From contig NC_002528.1 in assembly GCF_000009605.1 (NCBI RefSeq), forward strand, positions 450,001 through 482,000: 32,000 nucleotides of DNA. The letters are read 5' to 3'. The notes beneath the pieces are model-generated. The model did not search any database. It was not told the DNA's origin and saw only the letters and a program-made list of their open reading frames with translations. The stretch is from Buchnera aphidicola str. APS (Acyrthosiphon pisum). GTDB taxonomy: Bacteria; Pseudomonadota; Gammaproteobacteria; Enterobacterales; Enterobacteriaceae. Shown here piece after piece: positions 11,826 through 21,486 of this stretch (position 1 is the first letter of the stretch; each line of letters starts with the position of its first letter). Position numbers and translations under genes: made by a program.

Positions 11826-11916
11826 AAACAAAAAAATATTTTTTAATAAATTTAATTACACAAGAAAATTATATGATGTTTTATATTAAATATTTCATTA
11901 ATCATAAAAATAAAAT

Positions 11917-12651
11917 TTAATTTTCATGTAAACCACATTCGCGTTTTAATCCAAAAAAACGAGTTTCTTCCTCTAACATACCAGGCATGTGTTTTTTAGT
12001 AGTGTGTGTATCTCCTACAGACGAATATCCATTATTATATAAAGGATGGGTATCTAAATTATTTTCTTTTAAATAGTCTTTTATTTTATCCTTAGACCAA
12101 TCTAGTATTGGTAAAATTTTAAATATTCCTTTTTTAATAGAAAGATATGGTAATAAATTTCGACTTTTTGATTGATCATGACGCAATCCAGCAAACCATG
12201 TTTGTACTGATAGTTCATTCAAAGCAAAATTCATGGGCTGTACTTTATTAATATTATTATAAAAATCAATTCCTTCAATACCTTTTTCCCATAACTTCCC
12301 ATATCGCGCTTCCTGCCACGCAGAAGATATTGTTGATCTAAAAACTTTCAAATTCAAATGAAATTTATTAGTTAAAAAATCAATAAAATTATATGTTTCA
12401 GGAAACAAATAACCTGTATCAATTAATATAACAGGAATATCCGGTTTTTTTTTGATTATAAGATGTAATAATACTGTTGACTGAATACCGAAGCTTGATG
12501 ACATGATTTGTGTATGGGGTAAATGGCTTAATGCCCAAGAAATACGTTCTTCTGCAGAATAATTGGATAGAAGTAAATTTAATTCAGAAAGTATATTATT
12601 TTTTTTTTCAGAATTTAACAGATTAATATTTTCAATATAGAATTTAGACAT
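11917..12651 (-). CDS. cysH: PAPS reductase
   Basis: [15 protein letters not shown]..., C-terminal active-site motif KRECGLHE; 244 aa; downstream of cysI. Confidence 0.96.
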
Positions 12652-12666
12652 TATATTTGCTCCATA

Positions 12667-14376
12667 CTAACTCCAAAAATCGTAAACAGGATTAATCACT
12701 TCTTTAACAAATTCTTTTCTAACTATAAAATCTCCAAAATCTTCTTTATTTTTTCGTTCATTAGACCATGTTTTAATTAAATATTTTAAATGAATTAATA
12801 TTTCTTGTTCAGTAATATTTTCTTTATAAATTTTTGGAATTCGATTTCCTATACGATTTCCTCCTATATATAAATTATATCGACCAATAGATTTTCCAAT
12901 TAAACCAATTTCAGCTAATAAGGATCGTCCACAACCATTAGGACAGCCAGAGACACGTAAAATTATCACCTCATCTTCTACACCATATTTTAACATGATA
13001 TTTTCTAATTGAGTAATAAAAAAGGATAGCATACGTTCAGCTTCCGCCATTGCTAAAGGACAAGTAGGAAATGAAACGCATGCCATAGAATTTTTACGTA
13101 AATTAGTACTTTTATTTATTAATCCAGATGATAAAGCTATTTTTTCTATTTTATTCTTATTTTTTTCAGATACTTCAGAAATGATTATATTTTGATTAGA
13201 TGTAATTCTAAAATTACCATCATGAATATTTGCAATTTTCAATAATCCTGATTTAAATAATTTATCATTATCATCATATATACGTCCATTTTGAATAAAT
13301 AATGTTAAACTCCAATTATTGTTGATGTCTTTAATCCATCCAAATCTGTCTCCTCTGCTGATAAAACTATATTCGCGAACTGGTTTAAGATTAACATTTG
13401 CTCGTTTTTCAATTTCTTTTTTAAATTCATTTAAACCAAAATTATTAATAGTATATCTAGTTTTTGCGTTTGCACGATCAGTACGATTTCCCCAATCCCT
13501 TTGTGTTGTTACTATAGCCTTAGCAATAGATAAAGTGTTTTCTACAGAAATATAACCTATTTCAGTTGCAAGAAATGGCCATGTATTTTTATTACCATGA
13601 ATAAAAGATAGTCCGCCACCAATTAATATGTTAAAACCAATAATTTTTTCATTTTTTGTGATAGCAACAAAATTCATATCATTAGCATATAAATCAACAT
13701 CGTTATAAGGTGGAATTACTACTGTTGTTTTAAATTTTCTAGGTAAATATGTTTTTCCTAATATAGGTTCTTTTTCTGTCGTAACTATTTTTTTTTGATC
13801 TAACCAAATTTCCGCATATGCCTTAGTATGAGGTAATAAAAAATTTGAAATTTTTCGTGCCCATTCGTAAGCTTCTTGATGAATTAAAGATTCCATAGGA
13901 TTTGATGTACAAAGTACATTTCTGTTTACATCATTAGCAGTAGCTAATGAATCTAATCCTATACTATGTAACATTTTATGTACATCTTTTAAATTTTTCT
14001 TTAAAATTCCATGAAATTGAAAAGTTTGACGATTAGTTAGACGAATAGTTCCATACAATGTATATTTGCTGGCAAAATAATCAATTTTCAACCATTTTTT
14101 TGCTTTAATAACTCCTCCTGGTAGACGACAACGCAGCATCATTGCGTAACGTGGTTCTAATTTTTGCTCATTACGTTCTATACGTAAATCGCGATCATCT
14201 TGCTGATACATGCCATGAAATCGAATAAGTGAAAAATTATCTCCAGTAAAACCATTAGTAATTTCGTTTTTTAAATCATCAGTAATTGTACCTCTAAGAT
14301 AATTACTATTTTCTTTAATTCGTTCTGCATCAGTTAATTTTTTTTCTGTAACTATTTTTTTAAATTTTTTATTCAT
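12667..14376 (-). CDS. cysI: Sulfite reductase hemoprotein beta-component
   Basis: Siroheme/4Fe-4S ligand motifs [16 protein letters not shown] and [22 protein letters not shown]; 569 aa; start overlaps the cysJ stop (TAATG). Confidence 0.97.
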   Translation of the reverse strand: MNKKFKKIVTEKKLTDAERIKENSNYLRGTITDDLKNEITNGFTGDNFSLIRFHGMYQQDDRDLRIERNEQKLEPRYAMMLRCRLPGGVIKAKKWLKIDYFASKYTLYGTIRLTNRQTFQFHGILKKNLKDVHKMLHSIGLDSLATANDVNRNVLCTSNPMESLIHQEAYEWARKISNFLLPHTKAYAEIWLDQKKIVTTEKEPILGKTYLPRKFKTTVVIPPYNDVDLYANDMNFVAITKNEKIIGFNILIGGGLSFIHGNKNTWPFLATEIGYISVENTLSIAKAIVTTQRDWGNRTDRANAKTRYTINNFGLNEFKKEIEKRANVNLKPVREYSFISRGDRFGWIKDINNNWSLTLFIQNGRIYDDNDKLFKSGLLKIANIHDGNFRITSNQNIIISEVSEKNKNKIEKIALSSGLINKSTNLRKNSMACVSFPTCPLAMAEAERMLSFFITQLENIMLKYGVEDEVIILRVSGCPNGCGRSLLAEIGLIGKSIGRYNLYIGGNRIGNRIPKIYKENITEQEILIHLKYLIKTWSNERKNKEDFGDFIVRKEFVKEVINPVYDFWS

Positions 14377-16181
14377 TAATACACATCTCTTTTATAACGT
14401 TTATTTAAACGCAGATTATTTAAAAATTCTTGAGATTCTTCAAGATTTAAATGAGCGTTATGACTAATAATATCTAATAATGCTTTTTCAACATCTTTTG
14501 CCATTTTAGAAGCGTTTCCACAAACATATATTTGAGCTCCTTCTTCTATCCAAGACCATATTTCTTGTGAATTTTCTCTTATTCGATCTTGTACGTATAT
14601 TTTATTTTTTTGATCTTGCGACCAAGCTAAATTCATATTGGTGATTAATCCCTTTTTTATATATTTTTGCCATTCTACTTGATATAAAAAATCTTCAGTA
14701 AAATTAGGATTTCCAAAAAAAAGCCAATTTTTTCCATCAGCATTATCATTGTCTCTTTGCTGCATAAAAGCACGAAATGGAGCAATGCCTGTTCCTGAAC
14801 TAATCATTATTATTGGAGTGTTTTTATTAATAGGTAATCGAAAATTATCATTGGTTTGAATAAAAATTTTTATTATATCATCAGATTTTAAAGATTGTGA
14901 AAGATAACCAGAGGCCCCTCCTAAATATACATGACCTGAAATTAATTTTTTTACTACTCCTACTGTGATATGAATTTCATTGTCAATTTCTTCTTGTGAA
15001 GAAGAAATGGAATATAATCTAGGTGTTAGTGGGCGAAGTAAACCAATTAATTGTTGAGAGGATAATTTTAATGGATGATCATGTATCATTTTAATTAAAG
15101 GAGTGTTAATGGTATAATTTTCTAAATCAGAATCATTAGATATGATATCTTTTAAAAATTTGTTTTTCGAAAAATTTGCATAACTTTTAATAATATTTTT
15201 AGTATTATTCGTTAATTCGAAATGATTTTGTAAAGCATCAAAAATTGTAATAACATCATTTTTAATTGTAATTGTTTCAGAAATATTAATAGAGAGTAAT
15301 TCTAATATATTTTTCACTAAATTACTGTCATTTTTATACCATACACCCAATGCATCACCAGGTGAATACTTAATGTTCAAATTACTAATATCAATTTCAA
15401 TATGATGAACATCTTTCTTAGAATTACGACCAGTAATTTTTTGATTTGTTAATATAATACCTTCAGCAGGATTTTTTTTTGTATAATGATTTTTCGAAAG
15501 TATCAATGTATTTTCTTGATCTATATATGACACAGAAGATTTATAAATTTTTTCTTTACTATTAATAGATTGTAATAAATCCTGAGACCATTTATTATAA
15601 TTATCTTCATATTCAATATCTGCATCAAATCTATCTAATAAAGAATTACCACCTAACTCTTTAAATCTTTTATCAAAATCTTTTCCAGCTTGACAAAATA
15701 AATTATAGGATGTATCTCCTAATCCAAAAACACTATAATATAAGTTATTTAAATTAGGTGCATTTTTTGACATTATAAATTTATAAAAAGATAATGCTTC
15801 TTCTGGTGGTTCACCCTCACCTTGAGTTGAAATAATTAAAATTAATATCTTTTCATCTTTTATTTTTTTGAATTTATAATCCATAGCATCAATAAGACGA
15901 CTTATTTTATTATTTTTATTAAAATATTCATAAAGACGTTTAGACAATAATTTTGCATTACCAGTTTGGGAAGCGGAAATAATCGTAATAACTGGATCGT
16001 TTTTTTCTGATTCATTTGTTTGAAAAGACGTTATATTTGATGTTTGATTAGCAATTTTCCAAAAATAACCTGACAACCAAGCACTTTGAATATTAGTGCA
16101 AGTTCTTTCAAGTTCTTTTAAATTATTTAATTGTTCTGAACTTAATGGAAACACGGGATCAAACTTGTTTTGATTTTTCAT
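14376..16181 (-). CDS. cysJ: Sulfite reductase [NADPH] flavoprotein alpha-component
   Basis: FMN domain [20 protein letters not shown]...[15 protein letters not shown] motif [27 protein letters not shown]-terminus [11 protein letters not shown]; 601 aa. Confidence 0.97.
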   Translation of the reverse strand: MKNQNKFDPVFPLSSEQLNNLKELERTCTNIQSAWLSGYFWKIANQTSNITSFQTNESEKNDPVITIISASQTGNAKLLSKRLYEYFNKNNKISRLIDAMDYKFKKIKDEKILILIISTQGEGEPPEEALSFYKFIMSKNAPNLNNLYYSVFGLGDTSYNLFCQAGKDFDKRFKELGGNSLLDRFDADIEYEDNYNKWSQDLLQSINSKEKIYKSSVSYIDQENTLILSKNHYTKKNPAEGIILTNQKITGRNSKKDVHHIEIDISNLNIKYSPGDALGVWYKNDSNLVKNILELLSINISETITIKNDVITIFDALQNHFELTNNTKNIIKSYANFSKNKFLKDIISNDSDLENYTINTPLIKMIHDHPLKLSSQQLIGLLRPLTPRLYSISSSQEEIDNEIHITVGVVKKLISGHVYLGGASGYLSQSLKSDDIIKIFIQTNDNFRLPINKNTPIIMISSGTGIAPFRAFMQQRDNDNADGKNWLFFGNPNFTEDFLYQVEWQKYIKKGLITNMNLAWSQDQKNKIYVQDRIRENSQEIWSWIEEGAQIYVCGNASKMAKDVEKALLDIISHNAHLNLEESQEFLNNLRLNKRYKRDVY

Positions 16182-16371
16182 TATACTAAATATCCAAATT
16201 TTATTACATTAAAAACTTAATATTATCAATAAAATATAATTTACAGAAGATATTAATTTTTTGCTACCATCTAATAGAAAAATCAAATTTTTATGTAAAA
16301 TTTTTTACTTTTAAAATCTTAAATAAATTTATTTATATAATGTATAAGAATACTTTACTGTTAATAAAACA

Positions 16372-18780
16372 TTATGTATTTTCTATTTCTATTAATTTTT
16401 TCTCTGCGTCTTCTAGAACAGAATCTGGCAATCCAGACAATGAAGCTACTGATATACCATAACTTTTTTTTGATATACCATTTTTAATTTTATATAAAAA
16501 AGCTATATGTAAATCGCTTTTAATAGCAGAAAAATGAAAATTTTTTACAAATTTTTCTTTTTCTTCTAATTTTGTTAATTCAACAAAATGAGTAGATAAT
16601 AACGTCATAGATTTATTTATGTTTATTAAATACCTAGAACACGACCAAGCTAAAGATAAACCCTCATTAGTTGAAGTTCCTCTTCCTAATTCATCGATTA
16701 AAACTAAACTATTAGATGTTGCATTGTGTAGAATATTAGATATTTCCATCATTTCCATCATAAATGTTGAATATCCATTGCTTAAGTCATCTGCAGAACC
16801 TATTCTTGTAAAAATTTTATCAATCGAACCAATTAAAGCATATCTAGCAGGAACAAAACTACCTATACCGGCCATAATTACAATGAGTGCAATTTGACGC
16901 ATGTATGTACTTTTTCCACCCATATTAGGACCTGTTATAATGATCATTCTTTGTGTTCTGGATAAAAAAACAGAATTTTTTATAAATGGTGTTTTTAAAA
17001 AACATTCAACAACTGGATGACGACTTTCTAGTAAAGAAATTCCATATTTTTCGCTCATAATAGGACGCGTATAATTTAGAGATATAGCACGTTCAGATAA
17101 ATTTACTAACACATCTAATTCTGACAATGCTAATGCACTATTTTGTAATTTTTCTAAAAAAGGTTCAATAATATTAAAAATTTCTGCATACAATTTTTTT
17201 TCTAGTAATAAAGATCGCATTTCTGAATTTAAAACTTTTTCTTCATATTCTTTTAATAAAGGAACACTATAACGTTCTGTATTTTTTAATGTTTGTATTA
17301 TGACATAATATTTTGGAATTAAATGAGTATGACGTTTGCTTATTTGAATATAATACCCGATAATTTTATTAAATTTTATCTTAAATGATTCAATCATTAA
17401 TTTTTTTTTTTCTTTCTGTTCAAAATTTTTAATATATTCTTTGGAATTTATTTTAATAGATCGTAACTCATCAAGTTCAATATTATATAATTCTGCTATT
17501 ACACCACCATCTCGAATACATTTAGATGGCTTCAAACTAATTGCTTTTTTTAATAAACATAAAACTTCTTCAAAATAACCAATAGATAAACGTATTTTTT
17601 TTATATGTTTTGATTTTATTTTTTTTAATATTAAATGTAAATTAGGTAAGATTTCTAATGTAGAACGCATTCGTACGAAATCATGAGGCGAAGCAGTACG
17701 TAAAGCTAAACGAGAATAAATTCTTTCTAAATCATTAACTTGACGTAAAATAAATTGTAATTCTTTATAAAAAAACTGCAAAGCTTCCACACTTTCATGA
17801 CGATTTCTAACTATTTTAAAGTTTTTTAGTGGAGAATTTAACCATCTATTTAACATTCTACTACCCATAGATGTAACTGTTTTATTTAATATTGCAGATA
17901 AAGTATTTTTTTTTTCTCCTGAAATATTTTGAGTAATTTCCAAGCTTTTACGCGTACTAAAATTCATAAAAATGCTATCTTCCATGTAATTATATTTTAA
18001 CTGACGAATATTAGGTAAGAGAGTCATATTCATTGATTTAACATATTGTAATAAACAACCAGCAGCACGTATTACAAAATTGTTTTTCTCTATACCAAAT
18101 CCATCCAAACTACAAGTATTATATTGCAAATTAAGTAACTTATATGATGTCTCTAAATCGAATTCTAATAATGAGCGTTTTCTAATACACTTTCTACTTT
18201 CAATTAAAAAAACATCTGAAAAATTTTCCGGATAGAGTATTTCTTTAGGATTAGTTCGTTCAATTTCTGAAAGCAAATCACAAGAAGAAAAAATCTTAGA
18301 TACACCAAAAAAACCTAATGATAAATCTAATACGGAGTATCCAAATTGATTATTTTCTTTCCAGATAGCAGCTATAAAATTATCTTCATTTTCTTCAAGA
18401 AGTACTTCATCTGTAACAGTTCCAGGCGTGATTATGCGAACTACTTTACGAGAAATTAATTTTTTTTTACAATCAGTTTCTTTTTGTTGATCACATATCG
18501 CAATAGATTCACCTAATTTTACAAGTTTAGATAAATAATATTCTGATTTATGGCATGGGACTCCAGCCATCGGTATGATCTTATGATTTGAGTATCCTTT
18601 TTTTGTTAAAGTAATTTTCAGTAGTTCCGAAATACGTTCTGCATCTTCGTAAAACAACTCATAAAAATCACCCATTTGATAAAAAAGAAGCATATCAGGA
18701 TACTGTGATTTTAAAGATAAATACTGTTTTATCATTGGAGTATGATTGTTCATACTATTCTTAATATTTTTTTTTTTCAT
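16372..18780 (-). CDS. mutS: DNA mismatch repair protein MutS, lacking the C-terminal tail
   Basis: Mismatch-recognition motif LLFYQMGDFYELFYEDA; Walker A ITGPNMGGKSTYMRQIALI; DELGRGTSTNEG; 802 aa versus 853 in E. coli. Confidence 0.97.
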   Translation of the reverse strand: MKKKNIKNSMNNHTPMIKQYLSLKSQYPDMLLFYQMGDFYELFYEDAERISELLKITLTKKGYSNHKIIPMAGVPCHKSEYYLSKLVKLGESIAICDQQKETDCKKKLISRKVVRIITPGTVTDEVLLEENEDNFIAAIWKENNQFGYSVLDLSLGFFGVSKIFSSCDLLSEIERTNPKEILYPENFSDVFLIESRKCIRKRSLLEFDLETSYKLLNLQYNTCSLDGFGIEKNNFVIRAAGCLLQYVKSMNMTLLPNIRQLKYNYMEDSIFMNFSTRKSLEITQNISGEKKNTLSAILNKTVTSMGSRMLNRWLNSPLKNFKIVRNRHESVEALQFFYKELQFILRQVNDLERIYSRLALRTASPHDFVRMRSTLEILPNLHLILKKIKSKHIKKIRLSIGYFEEVLCLLKKAISLKPSKCIRDGGVIAELYNIELDELRSIKINSKEYIKNFEQKEKKKLMIESFKIKFNKIIGYYIQISKRHTHLIPKYYVIIQTLKNTERYSVPLLKEYEEKVLNSEMRSLLLEKKLYAEIFNIIEPFLEKLQNSALALSELDVLVNLSERAISLNYTRPIMSEKYGISLLESRHPVVECFLKTPFIKNSVFLSRTQRMIIITGPNMGGKSTYMRQIALIVIMAGIGSFVPARYALIGSIDKIFTRIGSADDLSNGYSTFMMEMMEISNILHNATSNSLVLIDELGRGTSTNEGLSLAWSCSRYLININKSMTLLSTHFVELTKLEEKEKFVKNFHFSAIKSDLHIAFLYKIKNGISKKSYGISVASLSGLPDSVLEDAEKKLIEIENT

Positions 18781-18819
18781 AATATAAAATTTCTATTTCT
18801 CCAGTTATACAATCAATGA

Positions 18820-18849
18820 TTGATACAGATAAAAATATGTAGGTATAGT
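18820..18849 (+). promoter_or_regulatory. Candidate sigma70-like promoter for dsbA
   Basis: TTGATA (18820-18825), 18-nt spacer, TATAGT (18844-18849), each 5/6 to consensus, in the divergent mutS/dsbA gap. Chance matches are common in AT-rich DNA. Confidence 0.3.
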
Positions 18850-18927
18850 ATTATAAATTTATATATCATGTTATTTTAAAGATCGTTTTTATTTTTGAAA
18901 AATTAACAACATAAAAAATAAAATTAG

Positions 18928-19575
18928 GTGATGAAGATGAAAAAAATATTGATTATATTATGTATTCTTATTCTATCTTGCAATGTTTTTTCTTGTGAAT
19001 TTAAAAATGGAAGAGAATATACTGAAAAACATAAAGTTATATCTAATATTCCAAGTATAATAGAATTTTTTTCATTTTTTTGTCCATATTGTTATGAATT
19101 TGAAAAAACATACGATACACAATATTTAATTGAAAAAAAAATTAAAAAAAATATAAATATTCAAAAATATCATGTTTCCTTTTTAGGAGGAAAATTGGGA
19201 TATGTTTTGACAAAATCTTGGATAATTGCACAACAAATGGGAATTGAAAAAAAAATTGTTTTGCCTATTTTTAAAGGTATTCAAGAAACTTATACAATTA
19301 ATAATCTTGATGATATAAAAAAAATATTTAAGGAGAAGGCAGGAGTAAGTGAAAGTAAATTTAATAGTTTTTGGAATAGTTTAACTATTAAAATATTAAT
19401 AAGTAAACAAGAAGAAGATATTAGAAAATATAATTTAAAAAATATTCCAACTATGCTTATTAATGAAAAATATGTAATTGATTACTCAAAAATTGAAGAA
19501 ATTTTTAAAGATAGTTTTGCTGAAAAATATACTAAATTAATTCAATTTTTAATAAATAAAAAAGAAAAAATTTAA
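18928..19575 (+). CDS. dsbA: Thiol:disulfide interchange protein DsbA (CPYC active site)
   Basis: Hydrophobic N-terminus, IIEFFSFFCPYCYEFE (E. coli VLEFFSFFCPHCYQFE), KYHVSFLGG (E. coli KYHVNFMGG), NIPTMLINEKY cis-Pro region. The start could be the third Met (MKKILII). Confidence 0.93.
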   Translation: MMKMKKILIILCILILSCNVFSCEFKNGREYTEKHKVISNIPSIIEFFSFFCPYCYEFEKTYDTQYLIEKKIKKNINIQKYHVSFLGGKLGYVLTKSWIIAQQMGIEKKIVLPIFKGIQETYTINNLDDIKKIFKEKAGVSESKFNSFWNSLTIKILISKQEEDIRKYNLKNIPTMLINEKYVIDYSKIEEIFKDSFAEKYTKLIQFLINKKEKI

Positions 19576-19695
19576 ATATTTTTATAAATATAAATTTTGA
19601 CCATATTACTAGTATAAATATTTAATATAATAAATTTTTATTCTAATCAATAAAAATATTTTAACAAAAATATCTGTAAAATATAAAGAGTAAAT

Positions 19696-20556
19696 ATGAA
19701 TCACATAAAAAATAATCCAGTTATTATAATAGATGGTAGTTTATACCTATATGCATCTTATTATGCATTTTGCAATTTAGAAAATACTTCAGGAAAACCC
19801 TGTGGGGCAATATATGGAATGTTAAAAATTATAGATAATATCTTTAAAAAATATAAAAATTTAAAAAAAATTATTATAATATTTGATTCATCTCGAAAAA
19901 CATTTAGAAATAAGCTCTTTAAAGAATATAAAAAAAATAGATCATCTATGCCTGATTTATTGGTTATGCAAATTCAACCTCTTTTTGAAATACTTAAAAA
20001 AATTGGTATAAAAACTTTAACTATTCCCGGAATAGAAGCAGATGATGTTATTGGAAGTTTATCTTATCAACTCGAAAAACAAGGAGAAAAAATATTAATT
20101 TTAAGTCATGATAAAGATATGCTTCAGCTTGTAACAGAAAATATTAACATATTCCATAAAAAAAATAATTGCATTATTACATCAGAAATAATACAAGAAA
20201 AATATGGTATAAAACCAAAAGAATTTATTGATTTCTTAGCTTTAATGGGAGACGCTACAGATAATATTCCAGGAGTGCCTAAAATTGGGATTAAAACGGC
20301 GCTATTTTTGATAAATAAATTTTCTAATATTGAAAATATATATAATAATATTGAAAAAATAAAATCTTTACCATTAAGAAATGCTAAAAATATTTCTATT
20401 CAACTAAAAAATAATAAGGAAAGAGCTTTACTTTCATATAAATTAGCAAGAATAAAATTAGATATTCCTATAGACATTAAATTAAAAGACATCATTTTAA
20501 AAAAATATTGTTCTAAAAATACGTTTCAAATTTTTAAAAATTATTTTTCTTCATAA
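19696..20556 (+). CDS. polA: DNA polymerase I 5'-3' exonuclease (flap endonuclease) domain only
   Basis: NPVIIIDGSLYLYASYYAF..., IPGIEADDVIGSLSYQLE, LSHDKDMLQLV, MGDATDNIPGVPKIGIKTA; 286 aa, ends before any 3'-5' exonuclease or polymerase domain. Confidence 0.92.
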   Translation: MNHIKNNPVIIIDGSLYLYASYYAFCNLENTSGKPCGAIYGMLKIIDNIFKKYKNLKKIIIIFDSSRKTFRNKLFKEYKKNRSSMPDLLVMQIQPLFEILKKIGIKTLTIPGIEADDVIGSLSYQLEKQGEKILILSHDKDMLQLVTENINIFHKKNNCIITSEIIQEKYGIKPKEFIDFLALMGDATDNIPGVPKIGIKTALFLINKFSNIENIYNNIEKIKSLPLRNAKNISIQLKNNKERALLSYKLARIKLDIPIDIKLKDIILKKYCSKNTFQIFKNYFSS

Positions 20557-20618
20557 AAATAAAAAAAATTTCTATAGCAGTTGTATTCATAATATTTTTA
20601 TTTATTATGTAGACATCA

Positions 20619-21236
20619 TTATCTATTTAAAATAAAATGCTTTTTATACGAACTATTTAAACTTAATTTCAATTTTTCAATACCAATTTTTTTATATGAC
20701 GAAAATAATATAATTTCAAAAGAATCCAAAAGAACGTTTAACTTTTTAAATACCATATCTGCTTGATTTTTTTGATGATTGATTTTTATTTTATCACATT
20801 TAGTTAACAGTACTAAAATAGAAATTTTTTTTTGAACAGCTATACTAATTATTTTTTGATCAAGTTTTTTCAGTGGATATCTGATATCCATTAAAAGCAC
20901 AAAAAGTTTAATTTGTTCTCGTTTTTCTAAATAATCATATACTTTTTTTTGCCATTTACTTCTAACTAATAAAGGCGCTTGAGAATAACCATATCCAGGC
21001 AAATCAACTATTCTAAAACCCGAAACTACTTCAAAAAAATTAATTAATTGAGTTCTACCGGGAGTTTTGCTGAAACGAGCTAATTTTTTCTGATTAGTTA
21101 ATGCATTGATGGCACTAGATTTACCTGTGTTAGAATAACCAATAAACGCAATTTCAATACCGTTTTGAATATCTATATCAGTTATTTTTGAATAACTTTT
21201 TAAAAAATTTGTTTTATTGTAATCTAATGAATTCAA
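20619..21236 (-). CDS. engB: Ribosome biogenesis GTP-binding protein EngB/YsxC, TTG start
   Basis: GYSNTGKSSAINALTNQKKLARFSKTPGRTQLINFFEV, DLPGYGY, LLTKCDK. TTG start (MNSLDYNKTNF vs E. coli MTNLNYQQTHF) preceded by AGGA. Confidence 0.94.
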   Translation of the reverse strand: MNSLDYNKTNFLKSYSKITDIDIQNGIEIAFIGYSNTGKSSAINALTNQKKLARFSKTPGRTQLINFFEVVSGFRIVDLPGYGYSQAPLLVRSKWQKKVYDYLEKREQIKLFVLLMDIRYPLKKLDQKIISIAVQKKISILVLLTKCDKIKINHQKNQADMVFKKLNVLLDSFEIILFSSYKKIGIEKLKLSLNSSYKKHFILNR

Positions 21237-21486
21237 AATTTAATCCTAGTCGTTAAATCTGCAAGAAAATTATTCAAATAAAAATTTAATTATTTTATAT
21301 GAAAAAATTTTTTAATTTAGAATTTTTACTCTAACTTCTGTGATTATAAAAGAAGTACTTTTTATACATACCCATAAAACTTAATATATAAAATGCTATT
21401 TCCGCATAATGAATCTCATCTTGTAATTCTATCCATAACCAGTCTGTAATACATCTATATTTTACTACTTTTTAAAAGGAAAAAAA

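Noticed and set aside
13319-13555. Plus-strand 78-aa ORF
   Set aside because: Antisense to cysI; no recognisable domain.
16619-16897. Plus-strand 92-aa ORF
   Set aside because: Antisense to the conserved MutS ATPase region.
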